Assembly: GCA_965207735.1 (NCBI GenBank)
Contig: OZ242296.1
Coordinates: 576,001-640,000, forward strand
Origin: Candidatus Versatilivorator sp.
GTDB lineage: Bacteria > Acidobacteriota > Terriglobia > Versatilivoradales > Versatilivoraceae
Reading direction: 5' to 3'
DNA length: 64,000 nucleotides
Every line of letters begins with the position of its first letter. Positions within the stretch are counted from its first letter, which is position 1. Under the pieces are notes generated by a model. The model saw only the letters and a list, made by a program, of their open reading frames with translations. It was not told where the DNA came from and ran no database searches. A program made the translations under genes and the position numbers. Positions 57,109-64,000 of the stretch are shown here, one piece after another.

Positions 57109-57873
57109 CTAGCCATTGCTGAGCACATTACGTTTTGCCCAGTCTAACAACTCATCAGGATCAACCCGTGGCTTCAGAAACCGATTCTTTGTGAGGTATG
57201 CGACGAACTGGCCCCGGACATAGAGTTTTGGAGGATTGGTGCTGAACTGATTGAAGGGGCTCATCGGATTAAATTGGTTTCCGTAGGTCGAAAACTTGTT
57301 GAATATCGAACTCTGAGATAACTTGTTGGCGTAAGGGCCAAGACTGTTGAAGATTGACTCTTGGTCGAATTTGTTTGGATTGAGTTTGCCAAGAAATGTG
57401 CCGTCTGGAGCTTCTATGAAGGATTCCCCTCTGAGTTGGCGTGCCTCGCTCTCCGATCCGACGATACGGCCTTGAAGCAACCCGTCAAGATCGTTTCTTA
57501 GTGAATACAGGAAAGCCTCAGTTGGAATGCGGTTTTGCACATAGGGATTTAGACCGACACGACCCACCAGACGATTGTCGATGTACAGCTTTGGGGGAGA
57601 TGCACAATATGGATTATGCACGCTGTTTTGCCCGTAGGGACTACCGTATTCGGAATATTGATTGAAGATGCTCGTATTACTGTAGGGGCTGCCGTAAGGA
57701 CCATATTCGTTGAGAATCGAGTCATGATCGTATGAATTTGACGTGATCTTGCCCAGAAACTGTTCGTTTTCGGCTTGAAGAAATGATGTTCCGTGCGGAT
57801 GCGTTCCAGCCGTTTGCCGCTCATAAAGCTCAGCAAGAAGTTGCTCGAGCAGTTTTATCGTCTGATCAGCCAT
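57109..57873 (-). CDS. Hypothetical protein with two copies of an N/S/Y/G-rich domain
   Basis: Two ~110-aa repeats, FLGK...SI.N..GPY....S..SIFN..S.YG......S..N.....PPKLY; lower GC than the host genes. Confidence 0.8.
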   Translation of the reverse strand: MADQTIKLLEQLLAELYERQTAGTHPHGTSFLQAENEQFLGKITSNSYDHDSILNEYGPYGSPYSNTSIFNQYSEYGSPYGQNSVHNPYCASPPKLYIDNRLVGRVGLNPYVQNRIPTEAFLYSLRNDLDGLLQGRIVGSESEARQLRGESFIEAPDGTFLGKLNPNKFDQESIFNSLGPYANKLSQSSIFNKFSTYGNQFNPMSPFNQFSTNPPKLYVRGQFVAYLTKNRFLKPRVDPDELLDWAKRNVLSNG

Positions 57874-57988
57874 CAACTTCCGGTCCTGTAGAGAGTGTGC
57901 AAGAGCTTTTGGATTTCCACCGCGGCCTGTTCGGGCGGTAGCTGCGTGATCAACATCGGAGCAGTAGCGAGCGCAATGTTTTTCTGTC

Positions 57989-59475
57989 GAGCCTTTTGCA
58001 AAATTCGGAATCGGGCATGACATTGGGCTGGCAACAGTGATGTTCCGGCGGTGACTACCCAGCTGCAAAGACCCTTTTGAAGGAAAAAGCCCGAATCTGA
58101 TGGCCGGATGGCCAGCGGTCGCCGGACGCAGGCACAGCTTACCCTCTCCCGGCCTTGAGGCGGGCGAACCTGCTGTGCGGTTGGGGGTGGCAACCCGGTC
58201 TTCAGAGCGTCAGGCGCATCAACTGATCCACCGTCAGGGCCAGAATGCCGAACATCAGGTGGCACCTCACCTTGTCGGGGCCGCGAACCCTCACCTGCCT
58301 CCCGCCAAACTCCTCCTTGAGCCGTCCGTTGACCCGCTCCACCGTCGAGCGTTCCCGGTAGCGCCGCGCCTCGGGAGTCACTTGGCCGATACAGCGCCGG
58401 GCCAGTGCCTCCCGCTTCCGCTCGGCTTTCAAGGTAGCTCTTCGGCGGGGGTTGACGTCAATAATCGGCACATGCCCCAGCTTCTCACTGAAGGCCCGGA
58501 TCTCCGGCGCATCGTAGGCGCTGTCCATCAAGTCGTAGAGACTCTCGACCCGCCTTGCCGTCAGCGTCGCCAGCGGAATGGCTGCCTGAGAGTCATGCAC
58601 CGAGGCCGAGGTCAGCAGACAACTGACCGGAATCCCGCCGTCAATGGCGTCGAGGTGTAGCTTGTAGCCGGTCCAGCTCTCCTGATGCCCCTTGGCGTTG
58701 CGCTTGACGCCGATGTCGCAGGCCTTGGGCAACTCCTTCAACATTTCCTCCAGCGTCATCGACCCCTGCCGCTCCAGCCGGCTCAACCGCTTGGGCCGTC
58801 GCTCGCCCTTCGGCGGCCGGCCCCGCCGGCGTTTCCGCTTGGCCTCCGGCGCAGCCTTGGCCGCTGGCTTTTCCCGTCCCGCAATCGCCGTCGAGTCCCT
58901 CGACACATGCCCCGCCAAGTGGCCCTTCAGCGTCTCCTCCAGCAATGCCTCGTGCAAACGCCCCGGCAGGTCGCTCTCAGCGAATTCCGCAAAGGCCCGC
59001 GAGAAGGTCGACTCGCTCGGTACCTCCCACGCCCTCTCCCAGCCGCACAGCCGCCGCAGCCTCCCCTCACTCCTCAGCCGCTCCACCAATCCCCGCGTGG
59101 TCGCCACCTCCAGCATCGACTTCGCCAGATAGGCTCGCGCCAGCACTGCCCGATCCTCCAGCGGCCGGCCACGCCAGCCCCGACTGTAAGGCAGCAACTC
59201 CTCCACCCGCACCAACTCCAATACCTGCACCAGCCGCTGGTAACGCTCTCCCAGAGGCCCCAAAACTTCCTCCAGCAGGGGAAACAGCTCTCGTTGAAAC
59301 CGGAACCAGTGTCGTGATAGGGTTTCCCTAAGGGGCAAGTTCCACCTCCGTTCATCATGTGGTTCAGACACCTTCATGATACAACAGACAGTGGTCTTGC
59401 CCCTCCTTCCACCTGCCCTCCTTGATCTTTCCCCACGTGAAAATTCCCGCTATCTGCGAATTTTGCAAAAGGCTC
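57989..59475 (-). mobile_element. Complete IS element (IS5/IS1182-like DDE)
   Basis: Perfect 19-bp terminal inverted repeats GAGCCTTTTGCAAAATTCG (57989-58007 / 59457-59475); 4-bp target duplication TGTC. Confidence 0.92.
58202..59377 (-). CDS. DDE transposase
   Basis: PSESTFSR, SRDSTAI, GYKLHL, HDS, LMDSAYD, YRERSTVERVNGRLK. Confidence 0.93.
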   Translation of the reverse strand: MKVSEPHDERRWNLPLRETLSRHWFRFQRELFPLLEEVLGPLGERYQRLVQVLELVRVEELLPYSRGWRGRPLEDRAVLARAYLAKSMLEVATTRGLVERLRSEGRLRRLCGWERAWEVPSESTFSRAFAEFAESDLPGRLHEALLEETLKGHLAGHVSRDSTAIAGREKPAAKAAPEAKRKRRRGRPPKGERRPKRLSRLERQGSMTLEEMLKELPKACDIGVKRNAKGHQESWTGYKLHLDAIDGGIPVSCLLTSASVHDSQAAIPLATLTARRVESLYDLMDSAYDAPEIRAFSEKLGHVPIIDVNPRRRATLKAERKREALARRCIGQVTPEARRYRERSTVERVNGRLKEEFGGRQVRVRGPDKVRCHLMFGILALTVDQLMRLTL

Positions 59476-60602
59476 TGTCGTATTTCCTTAATTTCTCGAA
59501 GCGGCCAATAGAGAAGACCTGTAGTTACCGCCGACGGCGTTGACCAAGCGAAATGCCCAGTAGCAAGTGCGACGAAGAAGCAACCGATTCCGGTGAGAAA
59601 CAGGGCAATCGTTAAGACGACGTACGTCCACTCAATCCGACGATTCTGTCGCAATACTTCATCGATACGCTGTAGAATTTGATCGATTGAGGCCATTGGA
59701 CGGCGTGTCTTGGCTAGCTAGCGGCTCACGGCCCACCGATGCCGGTGCTGAAAGAGAATTCAAGATTTTCCGGCCGCGGTCGAATGCAGCCTCGAATCGT
59801 CACTCCTGTGTTTCTCGCTACTGCCTGAATCGGTTTCATCAGCCCACCATCAGATCCAAAAGAGACCGTGGTAGCGACCAGACTTTATCTGGAACAATCG
59901 TTCTTGTCTCCCCCGAGATAGAAAATACAAACCCACGTTGGTGAAGGCGAGCACTTTTTCCTTCTCGCGGTCACTCCAGTTGCCCGAACCCCTTCCCTAG
60001 TTACCAGAGCCATAGAAGATCTGAAAAAAGGCTGGAAGGGAGCCGCATTTAGCGGTCTGCCCATTCAGTGAATTTTCTGGGGGAAAGTGGAAAATTCTCC
60101 GATTTTTTTAGGTCGCTTAACGGCCGTCTATTCCACAGTCTATGTCTCCCGCCAGACGAAACTGCTCCGGGACTGATGTTCTCCCTTGAGGGGATAAAGC
60201 AGATTGTAGTGAATCCACTAGCCCCCTATGCTGCGCCGGGCGTCGATCAGCTGATTCAGGGCATCGTGTTTATGTACGGCACGGGAGTTTGCCGATGATC
60301 TGTTCCGCGGATGGGTGCATGCCGCGCGATATCTCACCTGAATTGAAAGCCCCGATGGCGAGCAAACCAGCCGTTGCAGCAGCGATCCGAAAAGCCATCG
60401 ACATCGAGTTTCTCATCTACTCTATCGCCTTCCCGCAGGGAATGCCTATTCAGAATGGACTGATCGTCCAACCAAGTCCCATAATGTACATAACTGACTT
60501 ATCTACAGTCTTTTATGAGCATGCTTGAGCATCCATCCATTCCCATAGCGTCCCGCGCCATACGCTTGCATCCCACCTATTTCGGGGAGTATAATGGGGG
60601 GT

Positions 60603-61814
60603 ATGATGCTTTCCAGACGCTCCCCGCAACGCAAGCCCCCCGGCCAGCATCCCGACAACGCCCTCACGCCCCTCTTTGTCCGCAGCGTGAGCCAGGCCGG
60701 ACGCTATTGTGACGGCCAGGGGCTCTATCTCGACGTGCGTCCCTCCGGCAGCCGGGGCTGGATCCAGCGCCTCACCATCCGAGGCCGCCGCGCCGAGCTC
60801 GGGCTGGGCGGATTCCCCCTGGTCTCGCTGAAGGAAGCCCGGGAGAAGGCCTTCGCCAACCGGAAGCTGGCCCGGGAGGGCGGCGATCCCCTCTCGGAGA
60901 AGCGGCGGTCCGAGTCGACACCCACCTTTGCCGAGGCGACCTACCAGGTCTACAATCAGCTGCGGCCGGGCTGGCGCTCCCCTCAGCATGCCCAGCTCTG
61001 GCTCAGCAGCTTGGAGCGCTACGCCCTGCCCCGCATCGGCGGGATGCCGGTTTCCGAGGTGTCCAGTGCCGATGTGGTGGGGATTCTGGCTCCGATCTGG
61101 CACGAGACGGCGCCCACGGCCCGGAAGCTGCGCCAGCGCATCCGCGCGGTCATGGAGTGGGCGGTGGCGATGGACCTGCGGCCCGACAACCCCTGCGACA
61201 GGATCGGCCCGGTGCTGGGCGCACAGGGCAATGGCGTGCGCCACAGGCGGGCCTTGCCGCATCCCGAGGTGGCGTCGGCGATCGAGACGGTGCGGGCGTC
61301 GAGGGCGAGGCCGGCGGTGAAGCTTGCCTTCGAGTTCCTGGTGCTCACGGCGGCACGCTCCAGCGAGGTAAGCGGGGCGGTCTGGACCGAGATGGACTGC
61401 GACCAGGGTGTGTGGAGCATCCCGGCCCCGCGCACGAAGGGGAATCGCGAGCACCGGGTCCCGCTGTGCCGTCGTGCCCTGGAGATCCTGGAGGAGGCGC
61501 GGGGGCTCTCTCGCAGCAGTCCGTTGGTGTTTCCGAGCGTCAGGGGCAAGCCGTTCGCGATCACGACGCTGTCGGAACTGCTCCGGGAGTTGAACGTCGC
61601 GGCGGTGCCGCACGGCTTCCGGTCGAGCTTTCGGGACTGGGCGGCCGAAGAAACGGATCATCCTCGCGAGGTGGCGGAGGCTGCCCTGGCGCACAAGGTC
61701 CGCAGCCAGATCGAGGCGGCCTACCGGCGCTCGGACCTGTTCGAGCGTCGCCGGCGGCTCATGGATGACTGGGCCGGCTACCTGGCCGACCCGAGCCGAG
61801 GGCCGCAGGCCTAA
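60603..61814 (+). CDS. P4-like tyrosine integrase with arm-binding domain
   Basis: DGQGLYL, LGLGGFP.VSL..AR; catalytic R (ARSSE), K, HGFR, LAH, Y (AAYRR) all present. Confidence 0.95.
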   Translation: MMLSRRSPQRKPPGQHPDNALTPLFVRSVSQAGRYCDGQGLYLDVRPSGSRGWIQRLTIRGRRAELGLGGFPLVSLKEAREKAFANRKLAREGGDPLSEKRRSESTPTFAEATYQVYNQLRPGWRSPQHAQLWLSSLERYALPRIGGMPVSEVSSADVVGILAPIWHETAPTARKLRQRIRAVMEWAVAMDLRPDNPCDRIGPVLGAQGNGVRHRRALPHPEVASAIETVRASRARPAVKLAFEFLVLTAARSSEVSGAVWTEMDCDQGVWSIPAPRTKGNREHRVPLCRRALEILEEARGLSRSSPLVFPSVRGKPFAITTLSELLRELNVAAVPHGFRSSFRDWAAEETDHPREVAEAALAHKVRSQIEAAYRRSDLFERRRRLMDDWAGYLADPSRGPQA

Positions 61815-62036
61815 GCAGCGCTCGATGGCCGTGCGAGGCGGGGACAGCGGGGCCGGCGCCGCAACGCGTAGTGCCGGGGAGCCAGCCTACCCAATGTAAT
61901 ACATTGGGGCTGGCGAGGGGCTCCGGCCCCTTCGAACCCCCGACCGGGGAGAGCTCTCCCCTAGCCCCTCCATCACCCCCCGCCGCTCCCTTCTCCCTCT
62001 CCCATGACCGAGGCCTCGATGGCGCGAGAAGCGACA

Positions 62037-62427
62037 GCGACGAGGGTGTGTGGAGCATCCCGGCCCCTCGCACGAAGGGGAATCGCGAGCACCGGGTCCC
62101 GCTGTGCCGTCGCGCCCTGAAGATCCTGGAGGAGGCGCGGGCGCTCTCTCGCAGCAGTCGGCTCGTGTTTCCCGGCGTTGGGGGCAAGCCGATCGCGACC
62201 ACGACGCTGTCGGAACTGCTCCGGGAGTTGAACGTCGCGGCGGTGCCGCACGGCTTCCGGTCGAGCTTCCGGGACTGGGCGGCCGAAGAGACCGATCACC
62301 CTGGCGAGGTGGCGGAGGCCGCCCTGGCGCACAAGGTCCGCAGCAGATCGAGGCGGCCTACCGGCGCTCGGACCTGTTCGAGCGCCGCCGCCGGCTCATG
62401 GATGACCGGGCCGGCTACCTGGCCGGC
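62037..62427 (+). pseudogene. Duplicated 3' fragment of the integrase
   Basis: Near-identical to 61399-61788, with a 1-nt deletion (CAGCCAGATC to CAGCAGATC). Confidence 0.88.
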
Positions 62428-62492
62428 GGGTGTCGAGGGGCAGGACCGATCGGTTGATCGGCCCTGGCCTCGGCAGCGCTCGATGGCCTTCC

Positions 62493-63011
62493 CGCAAGGG
62501 ATCACTGTGGAGGGAGCGACCCCGGAAAGGGGAGGGGAGGTGGTGGATTTTGCCGTGCACCACCTCCCCCTCCCCGGTGCCGCACCAGCGGCCAAAATAC
62601 CGGGGTCGCTCCCTCCACTTCCTCCCCCTCCTGTGCGGCGCCACGACGCGCCGGGCGAGGGGGCGGACACGCGATGCCGACGCCCCACGGGGCTTTACCC
62701 CATAGGACTTGGGAAATCCGTGCCAACCCGCGTCCAATGCGGGTTTCCGGGAACAGCCTGGACCACGGCGGCGAGGGCTTCGCCCTCTGAGAGTGGAGCG
62801 TTGGGGTTGTCAAAAGCGTGAGCCACTTGGTGCGCCACCTACGTGAGCCACCCCCCTTTTGTAAGGTGGCCACCCATACGACGCCATGTCCTTGACCCCC
62901 GGAGGCGGAAATCGTCGATCATTCCTCGGCCGTTCGAGGCCGGGATTTCCTGCTCCCATTGGACGATCTTCTCCATGACGACATCGAGGCTGGCGTGGCG
63001 TTCGACGGTGT
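62493..63011. repeat. Structured non-coding element, copy 1
   Basis: Homologous to 63331-63785; 19-bp perfect stem 62507-25/62600-18. Confidence 0.7.
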
Positions 63012-63330
63012 CCTCCTGCACCCTGAATCCGCGAGCTTTGCCGGGCAGGCTGGACTTTCTCACTCCCTGGCAAAGCAGAACACCCCGAAACGCCTCCTGG
63101 ACCGATTCCCCTCTCAGGGACCGCAGGTCCCGCCGCCTGTGGGGAAACCGGAATGGTCGGCTCGCTCAGCGCTGCCGTGGTCGCAGCCTGGTCGTCGAAT
63201 CGTCCCGGTACGGCCATGAAGAGCCAGGGAAATCTGTTTTTTTTCGGGGGACATAATGGGGGGCAGGACATCGTCTGGAAACCCATAAGTCCTTTTCATA
63301 AAACGCTTTACATCAATCGCGGATGAATTC

Positions 63331-63785
63331 CGCAGGGATCACGGTGGTGAGAGCGACCTCCCCGCAAGGGGGGCAAAGGGTGTCCGGACCCCTGTCCCCC
63401 TTTGCCCTCCCCCGTGGCGCACCAGCGGCCAAAAAGGGGGGGGCGCTCTCACCACCAGCACCCCTCTCGTGCGGCGCGCCGTTGCGCCATGCGAGGGGGG
63501 GACTCGCGCGGCGCAGCCTCGCTTCGCGGTCTCGCATGGGACGCGGAAAATCCGTGGTGTCCCGTGTCTGATGCGGCGTTTCGGGAAAGTCCCACACCAC
63601 AACGGCGAGGACTCCGCCCTCTGAGAAAGAGGCGTTGTGCGGATCAAGATCATGTCACCCTTCGATGTCACCCCCCCCCTTCTGAAAGGGGGACACCCAT
63701 CTGACGGCATCTGCGTGACCCCCAGAGGCGGAAATCGTCGATCCATCCAGGTCCGGGCCGAGGCCGCCACGGCGTTCGACGGTGT
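63331..63785. repeat. Structured non-coding element, copy 2
   Basis: Same conserved blocks as copy 1, with compensatory stem substitutions. Confidence 0.7.
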
Positions 63786-64000
63786 TCCCGTCACTTCCGC
63801 ACCCCTCCCCGTGTGGCAAGGGCTCCGCAGCACCCTCTGTTCGTCGTTCCTGAGCCGGATCAGACGGCCTTACTCCCTCATTGTGTTCAAGACACCGGCG
63901 ATGGCGTTGGACTGGACCTCGATGTTATCTCGCGGATCCCAGCAGGCGATTTTTGGACGAGAACGCCTCAGTTGGACCAGCGTCGGGGTTTAATTCAGCG

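Larger units (their letters stand above)
57873..59696 (-). pseudogene. Two-TM 110-aa protein gene split by the IS
   Basis: Removing the IS and one TGTC copy joins ...REIKEIRQ (59696-59480) in frame to KNIALATAPM...RTGS* (57988-57873). Confidence 0.8.
56917..64000. mobile_element. Genomic island / accreted integrative elements at tRNA-Ser (right end not in window)
   Basis: Abrupt AT-rich shift after the tRNA, IS, P4-like integrase, integrase duplicate, GGGGG-N7-GGGGG arm-site-like motifs. Confidence 0.8.

Noticed and set aside
60271-60416. 48-aa minus-strand ORF with a signal-like N-terminus (MRNSMSMAFRIAAA...)
   Set aside because: Too short and featureless to call; possibly a gene remnant.
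60474-60510. dif-like sequence AAGTCCCATAA-TGTACA
   Set aside because: Only the XerC-like half resembles dif; the XerD arm TTATGTTAAAT is absent.
62839-63063. Small minus-strand ORF as the explanation for the two homologous elements
   Set aside because: The second copy has indels that shift the frame between conserved blocks, while base pairing is retained.
56895-64000. attR duplicate of the tRNA-Ser 3' end
   Set aside because: No second copy of CCCGCTCTCTCCGCCA was seen; the island's right end is outside the window or degraded.
1-64000. CRISPR array, cas genes, reverse transcriptase, rRNA
   Set aside because: No regularly spaced repeat-spacer array or matching protein or RNA motifs were seen; the short periodic repeats have no spacers.

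Overview
GC-rich bacterial chromosome segment. The gene content (DUF1501/PSD1 pair, carboxypeptidase-regulatory-domain TonB receptors, rimO-yacG-pgpA-cinA, rnc-lepB) suggests an Acidobacteriota-like organism; this is an inference. Bases 1-56.9 kb are mostly housekeeping and metabolic genes (sucB, folE, aroK, ECF sigma/anti-sigma, nrdR, thiL, rnc, lepB, dgt, fabH, murA, nagA, GH3 fusion, PhoX-like, rimO, cinA, gpsA), with tRNA-Leu(CAA) and tRNA-Ser(GGA). After tRNA-Ser an accessory island begins: an IS-disrupted two-gene operon, a P4-like integrase, a duplicated integrase fragment and two diverged copies of a structured non-coding element. Best leads: (1) a ~500-nt multi-domain candidate ncRNA at 37.6-38.1 kb behind a strong sigma70-type promoter that I cannot assign to a known class; (2) two diverged ~450-520 bp elements with compensatory stem changes at 62.5 and 63.3 kb; (3) a divergent GcvPA/GcvPB pair lacking adjacent gcvT/gcvH, flanked by an ArgE-like deacylase and an NAD-kinase-like gene; (4) a Cys-rich leader ending in RPPR upstream of an atypical OprC-like receptor. 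All family calls come from motif recognition by eye; no database searches were run.
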